From contig JBGPXQ010000001.1 of the NCBI GenBank assembly GCA_041492805.1, positions 1-25,562 of the forward strand: a stretch of 25,562 nt of DNA. The letters are read 5' to 3'. This stretch comes from Terriglobia bacterium. Lineage in GTDB: Bacteria; Acidobacteriota; Terriglobia; Acidiferrales; UBA7541. Position 1 is the stretch's first letter; the number at the start of each line of letters is the position of its first letter. This document shows positions 15,175 through 24,992 of the stretch, one piece after another. Position numbers and translations under genes: made by a program. The notes below the pieces were generated by a model. That model searched no databases, had not been told where the DNA came from, and saw nothing but the letters and a program-made list of their open reading frames with translations.

Positions 15175-18147
15175 ATGATGCCGAGCGATCAACGTCCCTT
15201 CATACGGATCGCCATTTGGCTGCCGGCGATCTATTTATTTTGCGCAGGATTCGCCTCCGCGCAGAGCGGCCCCTCCGGTGAACCGCCGCGCGTCGTTGCC
15301 GTGCGCGTGGTCACCGAATCCGGCTCGGTGCTTGAACAGGATCCTCCCCAGCTAGCAGTCCGGACCGGCCAACCATTTTCTATGGATGCCGAGAGCACAA
15401 GCCTGCGAGACCTGTTCCGCACGGGCCGATATGCGGATCTGCGCGCCGAGTTGACGGACGTTCCGGGCGGCGTGCGTCTGGATTTCGTGGTCCGCCAGAA
15501 CCTATACATCAATCGGGTGCAAATTGTGGGATTGCGCGAGCCGCCCGGCGAATCGCTGGCGCTTTCCGCGCTGCGGCTGAACCTGGGCGACATATTCCGG
15601 GAGAGCGACATGAAGGAGGCGCTGGACCGGCTTCGGCAGACGCTCGAGGATGACGGGCAGTATCAGTCCAGGATCGAATACAAGGCAACGCCACACCCTG
15701 ACACGCTCCAAGTAAACATTTTGGTGCGTGTAACCCCGGGTGCACGGGCGCGGATCGGCGTCATCACGATTCAAAACCAGACCGAATTCCCTGAGGCAGA
15801 GCTTCTCGGCCAGCTGAGGCTCACACGAGGACGCGAGATCACTTCCGATCGTCTGAATCGCGGCGCCGATCGCGCGCGAAAGTGGCTGGCGAAGAAGGAC
15901 TATCTTGGCGCGCGCGTCACGCTGCATCGCGGCGCCTACGACACGAACACGAATGTTGTGCCGCTCGAGGCCACGTTTTTTGCGGGGTTGGAGGTCCGCG
16001 TGACGGTCGAAGGGGCGAAGGTTCCCACGGGCACGCTGCGCAAATTGGTGCCCATCTACCAGGAAGGCGCCGTCGACGAAGACCTTCTCCAAGAAGGCCG
16101 GCGGGGATTGCGCGAGTGGTTCGAACGCGCCGGCTATTTTGATGCGCAAGTAAGTTATACGACGTCGGAATCAGCCGCGGAAAAATCGGCAAATGCGTCG
16201 CGTAACGCTGCCAGGGTCGTCACCTACCATGTGGACCGCGGCGATCACCATCGCCTGGTGGGAGTGGCATTTTCGGGCAATAAGTATTTCAGCTCGGAGC
16301 TTCTAACCGGCCGATTGAAAATACAACCCGCCGCATACGCGTCTCCTGGGCGGTATTCGACGACATTGCTGCAGGACGACGTGGCTTCGATCCGCACCCT
16401 CTACGATGCAAACGGATTCCATGAAGCCGACGTACACAGTCAGCTCGTCGATGATTACCAGGGTCATCAGGGCGATTTGTATGTCCGGTTTGAAATCAAA
16501 GAGGGCCAGCAAACCCGGGTCGCGGACCTGAACATCGAAGGGAATCAGCAACTCACCAAGGATGAGCTGCTTGGCGTGACTGGTTCCACGCAGGGCCAGC
16601 CCTATTCTGACTTCAACATTTCTTCCGATCGCGACAATATACTTGCGCTCTATTACGATCAGGGATTCTCGGAGGCGCGCTTTTCTGCAGACGTAGAAAA
16701 GGTGCCGCAGTCAGACCCAGGTGAGGCCCCGCGCGTGCGGCTGACGTATCACATCACCGAAGGACGCCAGGTCCTGGTCGCGCGCGTGCTCCTCGCTGGC
16801 TACGAACACACGCGCCCGGGCGTGATTTCCCGCCAAGTGGGGATTCGCGCGGGCGAACCGTTAAGCGAAGGTGCTGTGGTTGAAACGCAAAGGAAGCTTT
16901 ACAACTTAGGAATTTTCAGCCGGGTTTCAATCGCGCCGCAGAACCCCGAGGGAAACATTACCCAGAAAACAGTGGTGGTGATGGTAGACGAAGCCAAACG
17001 CTACACCGTGGCGTACGGCCTCGGCTTCGAAGCGCAGCGCCTGGGTAGTGGCGCTGCAGGCACCACATTCAGCGCTGCCCCACGCGGCACCCTGGAAATT
17101 ACCAAGGCGAATCTCACCGGACGCGCAGACTCACTCTCCCTAAAGGTACGAGCGAGCACGATTCAAGGCCGGGCGCTGCTGGCCTACACGGCGCCTAACT
17201 ACTTCACCTCGCCCAATTTCAGTCTCCAGCTCACAGCTTTCTTTGAGAAGGCCCGCAATATTCAGACGTTCACTTCCAGACGCTACCAGGCGTCGTTGCA
17301 GCTCGCCGAACGGTTGTCGAATACCAGCTCGCTCCTCTACCGGTATTCGTACCGCAAAGTAAATACAACCATTAATGGGAATTCCATTTCGTTGGAGCAG
17401 CTTTCGCTCTTCAACCAGAATACGCACATTGCCGAATTCGGCGTGAGCTGGCTCCGCGATCGCCGAAACAATCCCGCCGATGCGAGCCGCGGAGATTTCG
17501 AGAATATCGACGTCAGCCTGGCGGTGAAACCGGTGGGCTCGGCGGTCAATTTCTTGCGAGTCTTCCTGCAGAATTCCACCTATCACCCCATCGGTCGCTG
17601 GCTCGTGTTTGCGCGCTCGGTCCGTTTTGGCGTACAGACGCCCTATGGTAACTCGCTCTCCACCGATATCCCTCTTCCCGAGCGGTTCTTCGCCGGTGGT
17701 GGCACTTCATTGCGCGGTTTTGCGCTCAATCAAGCCGGACCGCGTGATCCGCTTACTGGATTTCCGATTGGCGGACAGGCGCTTCTGGTTTTCAATCAGG
17801 ATTTGCGTTTCCCGATGCACCTGCCTCTGATCGGCAACCGTTTGGGCGGCGCCGTCTTCTACGATGCCGGGAACGTGTTCCCAAGTGTTAGAACAATCTC
17901 TCTGCGCACGGCGCCTCCTCCTCCCACATTTGATCCGAACAATCTGAATGAACCGAACTATTTCTCGCACACCGTTGGGTTTGAGTTTCGTTACGGCACT
18001 CCGATAGGGCCCGTTGCGGTGGATTTGGGCTACCAACTGAATCCGGCCCGTTTTGTGGTTCCCGTAACCGTGAATGGCGTTCCAGGAGTAGGCCTTTCGC
18101 GGCTGCCGGGCTTCCAATTCTTTATAAATTTGGGGACGACGTTCTGA
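15175..18147 (+). CDS. tamA: Omp85 family outer-membrane protein (TamA/BamA-like) with a long POTRA array
   Basis: Signal peptide; repeated POTRA-like motifs (LYDANGF, LYYDQGF, KLYNLGIFSRV); loop-6 ERFFAGGGTSLRGF; YGTPIGPVAVDLG; terminal FFINLGTTF. Operonic with tamB. Confidence 0.85.
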   Translation: MMPSDQRPFIRIAIWLPAIYLFCAGFASAQSGPSGEPPRVVAVRVVTESGSVLEQDPPQLAVRTGQPFSMDAESTSLRDLFRTGRYADLRAELTDVPGGVRLDFVVRQNLYINRVQIVGLREPPGESLALSALRLNLGDIFRESDMKEALDRLRQTLEDDGQYQSRIEYKATPHPDTLQVNILVRVTPGARARIGVITIQNQTEFPEAELLGQLRLTRGREITSDRLNRGADRARKWLAKKDYLGARVTLHRGAYDTNTNVVPLEATFFAGLEVRVTVEGAKVPTGTLRKLVPIYQEGAVDEDLLQEGRRGLREWFERAGYFDAQVSYTTSESAAEKSANASRNAARVVTYHVDRGDHHRLVGVAFSGNKYFSSELLTGRLKIQPAAYASPGRYSTTLLQDDVASIRTLYDANGFHEADVHSQLVDDYQGHQGDLYVRFEIKEGQQTRVADLNIEGNQQLTKDELLGVTGSTQGQPYSDFNISSDRDNILALYYDQGFSEARFSADVEKVPQSDPGEAPRVRLTYHITEGRQVLVARVLLAGYEHTRPGVISRQVGIRAGEPLSEGAVVETQRKLYNLGIFSRVSIAPQNPEGNITQKTVVVMVDEAKRYTVAYGLGFEAQRLGSGAAGTTFSAAPRGTLEITKANLTGRADSLSLKVRASTIQGRALLAYTAPNYFTSPNFSLQLTAFFEKARNIQTFTSRRYQASLQLAERLSNTSSLLYRYSYRKVNTTINGNSISLEQLSLFNQNTHIAEFGVSWLRDRRNNPADASRGDFENIDVSLAVKPVGSAVNFLRVFLQNSTYHPIGRWLVFARSVRFGVQTPYGNSLSTDIPLPERFFAGGGTSLRGFALNQAGPRDPLTGFPIGGQALLVFNQDLRFPMHLPLIGNRLGGAVFYDAGNVFPSVRTISLRTAPPPPTFDPNNLNEPNYFSHTVGFEFRYGTPIGPVAVDLGYQLNPARFVVPVTVNGVPGVGLSRLPGFQFFINLGTTF

Positions 18148-18797
18148 TGCAGCGCTTCGCTTTCATCTGGGTCTGGATCGCGCTTGCCGTCTCGGCGGCG
18201 CCGGTGGCCGCCCAAACGGGCCGCGTAGTCGATCGCATTGTCGCGCGCATCGAAGGCGACATCCTCTTGTTGAGCCAGGTGCGCGAACTCGGGGCGTTCC
18301 AACAGTTGATCGAAGGCCGCGCGGAAAGCGACGACCGACTGCTTGCCGAGCTCATCGAACAATGGATGGTACAAACCGAAGCCACCGTGTCGCATTTTCC
18401 TCAGCCCGCACAGCTGGAAGTCGACCGCGAATTGGCACGGCTCGCTGCGCAATTCGCAAGCCCCGAAGCATACGCCGCCAAGCTGCACGAATTGGGGCTG
18501 TCCGCCGCGCAGGCTCGGCAATTGCTGGCGCGGCAGATTTACGTCGAGCGTTATCTCGATTACAAGTTTCGTCCGTCGGTACAGATCGAATCGACCGGCA
18601 TCGAAACCTATTATCAGAAGGAGCTGCTGCCGGAGCTGGTGAAGAAAAATCAGCCCGCGCCACGCCTGGCCGACGTCGAGGGACAGATCCGTGAGCTGCT
18701 CACGCAGCGCGCGATCACCGGCCTCTCCACGAGTTGGCTGGATGAAACAAAATCGCGCCTGAGGATCGAAGTGACATTGCCCGATGCGAAGCCGTGA
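18147..18797 (+). CDS. SurA N-terminal (chaperone core) domain protein lacking a parvulin PPIase domain
   Basis: Signal peptide; VVDRIVARIEGDILLLSQV, LAELIEQW, LHELGLS, IETYY, WLDETKSRLRIE. Start overlaps the upstream stop. Confidence 0.8.
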   Translation: MQRFAFIWVWIALAVSAAPVAAQTGRVVDRIVARIEGDILLLSQVRELGAFQQLIEGRAESDDRLLAELIEQWMVQTEATVSHFPQPAQLEVDRELARLAAQFASPEAYAAKLHELGLSAAQARQLLARQIYVERYLDYKFRPSVQIESTGIETYYQKELLPELVKKNQPAPRLADVEGQIRELLTQRAITGLSTSWLDETKSRLRIEVTLPDAKP

Positions 18798-18822
18798 TGC
18801 CGGATAGCATCTTCTTACGAAG

Positions 18823-21800
18823 ATGAGCGAAAAGAAGCGAAAATTCCGTTGGAAACATGGGATGGCGTTGGCCGCCGCAACGGCGGTGACCTTCGCGCTT
18901 GCGCTCGTCTATATCATCGGAAGCGGGTTGGCGGACCGTTGGGCGCGGCGCACGATTGTAGAGGAACTTGAGAGGGCAACCGGGGCGCGCGTTGAACTCG
19001 GCGACCTCCACTTCGGCTGGCGGTCTCAGCGCGTGCGGTTGGACGGACTCACGTTGCGCGGACGCGAGCCTGCGGGAACCCCGCCTTTGTTTCATGCCGA
19101 TCAATTGCAGATCGAAATCCGGGTGGAATCCTTCTGGGGCCGTAAGATTTCTCTAGGGAGCGTCGAGATGTCGCATTTCTCGGCGCACGTACGTGTCGAG
19201 CGAGACGGCTCGACGAACATTCCCGGGCCAAAAACGCCAGTGAAACAAGGCAGGCCGCCGGTCCAGAGCCTGTTCGATCTGAAGATCGCCCAGTTGCGCC
19301 TCGAAGACGGCGAGATTTTGTGGAACGATACGAGTGTGCCGCTGGCGGCGGAGGGCGGAAATTTTGAGTTTACAATGGATTACGCCGGCGACGCCGGAAG
19401 CCCTGTTTATCTTGGCCGGGTAAGCTGGCTGAAATTCAAAGTAGCGGCCCGCCGGTATCTCCCGTTTGCGTCGGATCTTTCGGTGAAATTCACGCTCCGG
19501 CCGGATTCGTTTTCCTTGACGCAAGTGCAATGGAAGATTCCGCACAGCGAGATTGACGCGCAGGCCAACCTCACCAATTTTTCACAGCCTGCGTGGGATT
19601 TCCGGTATCGCGGCCAGGTCAACTTTGAGGATATTGGTTCCATCCTGCGCAAGCCAAATACGCCGGGCGGTCATGTGGAATTCACGGGCAGCGGACATTA
19701 CGCCGGGCGACAACTGAGTGTCAGCGGACTTTACACGGCCGGCGAAATCTCGATGAACTATTTATGGTTCCACCCTGGGAGCATCTCCGCCCGCGGCAGT
19801 TACCGCGCAGACCAGCACTCGCTCGATGTTCCGGACCTGGAAGCGCTTGTGCTGGGCGGCAACGTCACGGGACGTCTGCATTTCGATTTTCCCGCGCAAA
19901 GTTTCCGCTTCGAATCGAAAGCCCGCGGCATGGAATTGAGCCGGATATTGGCCGCCGAGGACAGCCCCAAACTACCGATCATCCCGCTGCACTGGGGAAG
20001 CCGCGTCGACGTGGACGCGACGACGACGTGGGTTGCGGATTTCAAACATGTGGACTCGCGCGGCGTTTCGCTTTGGACTCCTCCAAGCGCGCTGCCTTCC
20101 GGGCAGATTCCGGCGTCAGCGCGTTTCGAATATCACTTTGAGATGGACCGCCAGCAGGTCGATCTCGCGCCAAGCGAGATCATGACGCCGTCGAGCCACA
20201 TCATAGTGCATGGCGCGCTCGGATTGAATGACTCTTCGCTTGATGCGACGTTCGACACCGAAGACCTCTCCGCATACGATGATTTCATTAACCGCCTGCG
20301 TGGAGTGGATGTGGAGCCGCAAATGATCGGCGGCCGTTTCCAATGGCAAGGGCGCCTCACGGGCCCGTTGGCTGGACCGACCTTCGCGGGCCACGTGAGA
20401 GGGACCGAGGCGCGTTATGGCGCGCTGTACTGGGATGAAGTGGAGGGCGAACTCACCTTTTCGGGGGACGAATTGCATCTCGCACGAGGCCGCGTCCGCC
20501 GCGGCCGCTCCTCGGCGGAAATGGAACTTTCCCTCGCGCTCGACAACTGGAATTTTTCTCCCGAGAGCGAGTACAGCATAGATGCCAACCTGGTCGGTGC
20601 GGATACCGACGACTTGCAAAAACTGCTGGGGACCTCTTATCCAGCGCGCGGCCTTCTCGGCGGACAGTTTCACGGCAAGGGCACGCGCGCCAGTCCGGAA
20701 TTGTCGGGATTATTTGATGTGACCGGCGCAACGGCCTGGACGTGGCGCTTTGACCGCGCGCGCGGACAGCTGACGATGCGCAGCGGCGAAGTGCGGATTG
20801 CGAATGCCGAATTGCGTTTGCCGCCGCATGTGCCGGGCGCGCCCGCCGGGTTACTCACAGGAAATTTCCTCTATCATACCGACACCAATCAGGTGGCATT
20901 CGATCTTACCGGAGCCGGCATCCCCCTCGAAGCCATCGAGCGGATTCAGACCGCGCGTCTTCCGATTGGAGGCCGGCTCAATCTGCAGTTGCGCGGCCAG
21001 GGTCTCTTGCTCGCGCCGGAGCTGCACGCCACACTTCGTCTGGTGGATCTGAAACTCGGCAACGACGTGGTTGGAAGTTTTGAAGGAACTGCGGATTCCG
21101 ACGGCCATCGGTTGTCGGCAAAGATAGAATCGGCAATGGCAGCCGGGCGGCTGTCCGGCAAGATGGATGTGACTCTTGGTGGTGACTATCCTCTGACCGG
21201 CGAAGTCACAGTTGAGCAAATACATTTCGATACGTTCATTACCTCCGCGATGCACCTCACCGGTCTGACGGGCCACAGCCTAGTCGACGGACATTTCGCG
21301 ATTGCAGGATTCGGAGCGCGTCCGGAGACACTCGCGGTGGAAGCGAACCTCTCCCGTCTTACGCTCGACTATCAAAACGTAAAATTGGAAAACGCCGGGC
21401 CCGTGCGGCTGACCTATCGCCAGGACGAAGTGCGCATCGAGCAAGCGAACCTGCGTGGACCCGATACGGATTTCCGCGTAACTGGTTCCGCGCGCTTTAC
21501 CGGAGATCGCGCGCTCAGCCTGCGCGTGGATGGGGCGGTAAGTCTTCAGTTGCTTGCCGGTTTCGTGCCGCGTCTCGAAGCCACGGGCCGCGCGCAGGTG
21601 AACGCAGCTGTCGCCGGAACCGTGCCCTCTCCCCGGTTCAACGGCAAGGTGCGCGTCGAAGGCGCGACGCTCCGCTACGGGGATTTCCCGGCGGGACTGA
21701 GCAATGTCGCGGGTGATTTCAATTTTGATGCCACGCGAATGATGTTCGATAGCGTGACTGCGGAGAGCGGCGGAGGCCATCTGAACATTGGCGGTACCTT

Positions 21801-22797
21801 GGCCTATGGGGAGGGGCCGCTGAACTACACGCTTAATGTGCGCTCCGATCAGGTTCGCATCCGCTATCCGGCCGGAATGAGCTGGCTGGTCGGCGGCACA
21901 CTGCGCCTCTCCGGCAACGAGCAAGCAGCCACGCTTTCCGGCCGCATCGTCGTGGACCGACTACTGATGGGCGAAGGAGTTGATATCGCAGGGCTGATGG
22001 TTTCAGCGAAAGAGCCGTTGAGCGCGCCGACGACGACGTCCGCCTTCTTGCGAAATTTGCAATTCGATATCCAAGCCGATTCCAGCCCCGATTCGCGCAT
22101 GGAATGGACCGGAGCGCGCTTTCAAACAGACGCAAACTTGCGTGTGCGTGGCACGTGGGAGCACCCGATTTTCCTCGGCCATATTCATCTCTTGAGCGGC
22201 GAGATGAACTTTCGCGGCAATCAATACACGATCCCGCGCGGCGACATCAACTTCTCGAATCCATTCCGTCTCGATCCGGTGCTCAACGTGGAAGCTACGA
22301 CGACGATCCGCCAGTACGAGGTCACGCTCGATTTTACCGGCCCGGCGAGCCGGCTCACGCTTGCCTACCGCTCCGATCCGCCGTTGCCGTCGAGCGACAT
22401 CATCGCACTGCTGGCGTTGGGACAGACCGGCGAAGAAAGCGCGCAGCGCACCGCGACAGGACAAAACTCCGGACTGGGTGCCTCCACGCTGCTCTCCGAG
22501 GCTATTTCGAGCCAGCTCGGCGGGCGCATCGAGCGCCTGTTTGGCATCAGCCACTTCCGCGTGGGACCATCGCTCGCCGGGCTGACGTCGCAGCAGCAAA
22601 ACTCCATTGCAAGCGTCACAATCGAGCAGCAGGTCGCACGCGGCCTCGTCATTACCTACACCACAGATATCACCACGACGCAATACCAAGTCATTCAGAT
22701 CGAGTACACCATCAACCGCGAGTTTTCCATCGTCGCCCTGCGCGACGAAAACGGCACCTTTGGCCTCGACGTCGTCCGGAAGACGCGATTCAAGTAG
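18823..22797 (+). CDS. tamB: Translocation and assembly module TamB (AsmA-like, DUF490 C-terminus)
   Basis: N-terminal membrane anchor; 1324 aa of beta-taco-like repeats; C-terminal RGDINFSNPFRLDPVLNVEA...TLAYRSDPPLPSSDIIALL and final beta-strands. Confidence 0.9.
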   Translation: MSEKKRKFRWKHGMALAAATAVTFALALVYIIGSGLADRWARRTIVEELERATGARVELGDLHFGWRSQRVRLDGLTLRGREPAGTPPLFHADQLQIEIRVESFWGRKISLGSVEMSHFSAHVRVERDGSTNIPGPKTPVKQGRPPVQSLFDLKIAQLRLEDGEILWNDTSVPLAAEGGNFEFTMDYAGDAGSPVYLGRVSWLKFKVAARRYLPFASDLSVKFTLRPDSFSLTQVQWKIPHSEIDAQANLTNFSQPAWDFRYRGQVNFEDIGSILRKPNTPGGHVEFTGSGHYAGRQLSVSGLYTAGEISMNYLWFHPGSISARGSYRADQHSLDVPDLEALVLGGNVTGRLHFDFPAQSFRFESKARGMELSRILAAEDSPKLPIIPLHWGSRVDVDATTTWVADFKHVDSRGVSLWTPPSALPSGQIPASARFEYHFEMDRQQVDLAPSEIMTPSSHIIVHGALGLNDSSLDATFDTEDLSAYDDFINRLRGVDVEPQMIGGRFQWQGRLTGPLAGPTFAGHVRGTEARYGALYWDEVEGELTFSGDELHLARGRVRRGRSSAEMELSLALDNWNFSPESEYSIDANLVGADTDDLQKLLGTSYPARGLLGGQFHGKGTRASPELSGLFDVTGATAWTWRFDRARGQLTMRSGEVRIANAELRLPPHVPGAPAGLLTGNFLYHTDTNQVAFDLTGAGIPLEAIERIQTARLPIGGRLNLQLRGQGLLLAPELHATLRLVDLKLGNDVVGSFEGTADSDGHRLSAKIESAMAAGRLSGKMDVTLGGDYPLTGEVTVEQIHFDTFITSAMHLTGLTGHSLVDGHFAIAGFGARPETLAVEANLSRLTLDYQNVKLENAGPVRLTYRQDEVRIEQANLRGPDTDFRVTGSARFTGDRALSLRVDGAVSLQLLAGFVPRLEATGRAQVNAAVAGTVPSPRFNGKVRVEGATLRYGDFPAGLSNVAGDFNFDATRMMFDSVTAESGGGHLNIGGTLAYGEGPLNYTLNVRSDQVRIRYPAGMSWLVGGTLRLSGNEQAATLSGRIVVDRLLMGEGVDIAGLMVSAKEPLSAPTTTSAFLRNLQFDIQADSSPDSRMEWTGARFQTDANLRVRGTWEHPIFLGHIHLLSGEMNFRGNQYTIPRGDINFSNPFRLDPVLNVEATTTIRQYEVTLDFTGPASRLTLAYRSDPPLPSSDIIALLALGQTGEESAQRTATGQNSGLGASTLLSEAISSQLGGRIERLFGISHFRVGPSLAGLTSQQQNSIASVTIEQQVARGLVITYTTDITTTQYQVIQIEYTINREFSIVALRDENGTFGLDVVRKTRFK

Positions 22798-22835
22798 CGC
22801 GATGTTCGGGGGGTGCTACGCGGTAGTTCTGCGAT

Positions 22836-23585
22836 CTATTCGATCTTGTCTCGTTTTAGAAGATTGTGCGTTGCACACAATAATTGAATGTTTTTCGCCA
22901 GAAGCGATGTTCCTCCTTTGGAGAACGGCACGATGTGATCGAAATGGAGGTTTTCTTTATTGCCACATAGAACGCATTTCCCTTTGTCTCTTTTCCGTAC
23001 TTCGATCTTGACCCATGCGGGAATAAGCCGATCATGTTCAATTTCAAGAACGCCAACAGGGGCAGTAGCTGCTTGTTGTTTGCTTAGTTGGAGTTTGAAT
23101 TTAAATACTTTCCGTCCGCCTTCTTCTTGCTTCAAAGCATCGATGAGTTCGAACAGGCCAGCGTAAGCCCAAATTCCAGTCTTAATTTTTTCATAGACCT
23201 TCACCCGCTCTGCTTCAGCACCATGATTCTTGTAGGCGATCGCAGCATTCCAGAACAACCCGTTTTGAGTCGGTCCCCCAACCGCTGATGTTTCAGGCTG
23301 GTCCACGCCCTTTGGATTCGGGCCCCCCTTAGTTCTTGCTGCGTCATGTCCTTCGTAGATTAGGATCTGGCCACCTTGTTCAATTCGGTCCGCATAAGGA
23401 GCACCTGGTCGCAAACTCATGAGAATTACGCTAGTGCGACCCCCAAGGCGGAAATTCATTCCTCGCTGAAGGCTGGCACCCTCGAACCTGCACATATCCA
23501 TATACGAAATGATGTCACCGGGATGAATTGAAAGGTTTTCTGCGTTCAACTGATGCCCTTTCCAGGGTGACTCCAGATTAGCCAA
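22836..23585 (-). CDS. HNH endonuclease with an N-terminal SRA/PUA-like domain (putative type IV modification-dependent restriction enzyme)
   Basis: C-terminal CVLC...FDHIVPFSKGG...NIQLLCATHNLLK (McrA-type HNH). N-terminal YADR...LIYEGHD...QN..F...VKVYEK...WAYAGLFEL...VFKFKL is SRA-like. About 48% GC. Start uncertain (TTG 23585 or TTG 23549, the latter preceded by AAGGG). Confidence 0.8.
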   Translation of the reverse strand: MANLESPWKGHQLNAENLSIHPGDIISYMDMCRFEGASLQRGMNFRLGGRTSVILMSLRPGAPYADRIEQGGQILIYEGHDAARTKGGPNPKGVDQPETSAVGGPTQNGLFWNAAIAYKNHGAEAERVKVYEKIKTGIWAYAGLFELIDALKQEEGGRKVFKFKLQLSKQQAATAPVGVLEIEHDRLIPAWVKIEVRKRDKGKCVLCGNKENLHFDHIVPFSKGGTSLLAKNIQLLCATHNLLKRDKIE

Positions 23586-23631
23586 CGCATCATTCGTGTT
23601 CCACCAACGAGTACCGCGCTATACTTTGTCC

Positions 23632-24315
23632 ATGGGATTATCCCATACAAATGTGAACCAATTTGCATCTGCGCGTCGCGCGATGGTGGAAGATCAGATT
23701 CGCAGGCGCGGGGTTGCGTCGCCGCGCGTACTTGACGCGATGCTCAGCGTTCCGCGGCACCAGTTTGTTTCCGCCGAGTTCCAGGCTGACGCGTACGCCG
23801 ACAAACCTCTGCCCATCGACGAGGGCCAGACGATCTCGCAACCCTTCATGGTTGGAGCCATGACCGAGGCGCTTGAGCTCGCCGGCTCGGAGCGCGTGTT
23901 AGAAATCGGCACAGGCTCGGGCTATCAATCTGCGGTGTTATCGCTACTGGTGCGCGAGGTGATCAGCGTTGAAAGTCACAAGTCCCTTGCGCTTGCGGCG
24001 CAGGAACGCCTCGCGCGTTTGGGTTATACGAACGTCCACGTTCACAACGGTGATGGCTCGTTAGGATTTGCCGACGCCGCGCCTTACGACGCCATTCTTA
24101 TCACCGCTGCCGCGCCGAAGATTCCGCCGTTGCTTGCGAGCCAGCTTCGCGAGGGTGGCCGCCTGGTGATTCCTGTCGGAAGCCAGGAGAATCAGGAGTT
24201 GATGAAGGCGCGTAAAGAAGGCGGCGTGTTGCATTCCCGCATCCTGTTTGGTTGCAGATTTGTGCCTCTGTTGGGACGTTATGGCTGGAGCCACCCCGAC
24301 CGCAAGCCTTCGTGA
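23632..24315 (+). CDS. pcm: Protein-L-isoaspartate O-methyltransferase
   Basis: MVEDQIRRRGV, VPRHQFV, AYADKPLPI..GQTISQPFMV, VLEIGTGSGYQSAVL, APYDAILITAAA, QL..GGRLVIPVG, FVPL. TATACT at 23620-23625 precedes the ATG. Confidence 0.95.
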   Translation: MGLSHTNVNQFASARRAMVEDQIRRRGVASPRVLDAMLSVPRHQFVSAEFQADAYADKPLPIDEGQTISQPFMVGAMTEALELAGSERVLEIGTGSGYQSAVLSLLVREVISVESHKSLALAAQERLARLGYTNVHVHNGDGSLGFADAAPYDAILITAAAPKIPPLLASQLREGGRLVIPVGSQENQELMKARKEGGVLHSRILFGCRFVPLLGRYGWSHPDRKPS

Positions 24316-24321
24316 GATTTC

Positions 24322-24388
24322 TGTAGGCGCGCCCTTCAGGGCGGCATCTTCAGTTCAAGAGGATGCCCGCCTGAAGGCGGGCGCTGCA
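24322..24388. repeat. Inverted REP-like doublet between convergent pcm and Nudix genes
   Basis: TGTAGGCGCGCCCTTCAGGGCGGCATC (24322-24348) and the reverse complement of 24362-24388, TGCAGCGCCCGCCTTCAGGCGGGCATC: 19/27 identical, each with its own hairpin around TTCA. Confidence 0.7.
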
Positions 24389-24427
24389 TAGGCTGACCCG
24401 GGGTTGCGGCACGCCATCCGTATCTGG

Positions 24428-24901
24428 TTACGTCGCGCGGGCACGGGCCACGGCGAACGCTTTTCGCAAGACGCGCGTTGCCATCACAGTCAAGCCAAAT
24501 TTCCCCAATTCGTCCTCACGAGCCCATGCGAATTCCGTTGCATCGCTTCCAGCACACAACGTTCCTTCCCGCACTTCGCAGAGATAATCGAGGATTACAA
24601 AGTGATACTGTGGCCGCGCGGCGTCGCCGGGCGTGCCGTCCGCGCCAGGAAGCGCCGGATAAATCCGTTCTAGGACTTCGATGATTTCGAGCACATTCAC
24701 TTCGAGTCCGGTTTCTTCCGCGAGTTCACGAGCGACGCCCTGTTCCAGCGTTTCTCCCAGCTCAAGCATCCCGCCGGGGATCGACCACTCGCCTTCGAGC
24801 GGCGGGCCGCCCCGCCGGATCAACAGCGCGCGCTCGTTATCGATCACCACACCGCCTACGCCCACCAGGGGTTGGTCCGGGTATTCCCGCTTCGGTGTCA
24901 T
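24428..24901 (-). CDS. Nudix hydrolase
   Basis: REYPDQPLVGVGGVV; Nudix box GGMLELGETLEQGVARELAEETGL; HFVILDYLC. Start at ATG 24901. Confidence 0.92.
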   Translation of the reverse strand: MTPKREYPDQPLVGVGGVVIDNERALLIRRGGPPLEGEWSIPGGMLELGETLEQGVARELAEETGLEVNVLEIIEVLERIYPALPGADGTPGDAARPQYHFVILDYLCEVREGTLCAGSDATEFAWAREDELGKFGLTVMATRVLRKAFAVARARAT

Positions 24902-24992
24902 CGTATTTTGCTTGCTCCCTCTCGGCCCTCTTCGCGTTATATAATACGCCAGCAGGAAGGTTGCCCAATCCCTTCCCAAGGAGGTTTTCGCC

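Noticed and set aside
22819-23618. 7-bp inverted match (CGCGGTA / TACCGCG) flanking the HNH gene as element ends
   Set aside because: Expected by chance at this length; no target-site duplication or transposase seen.
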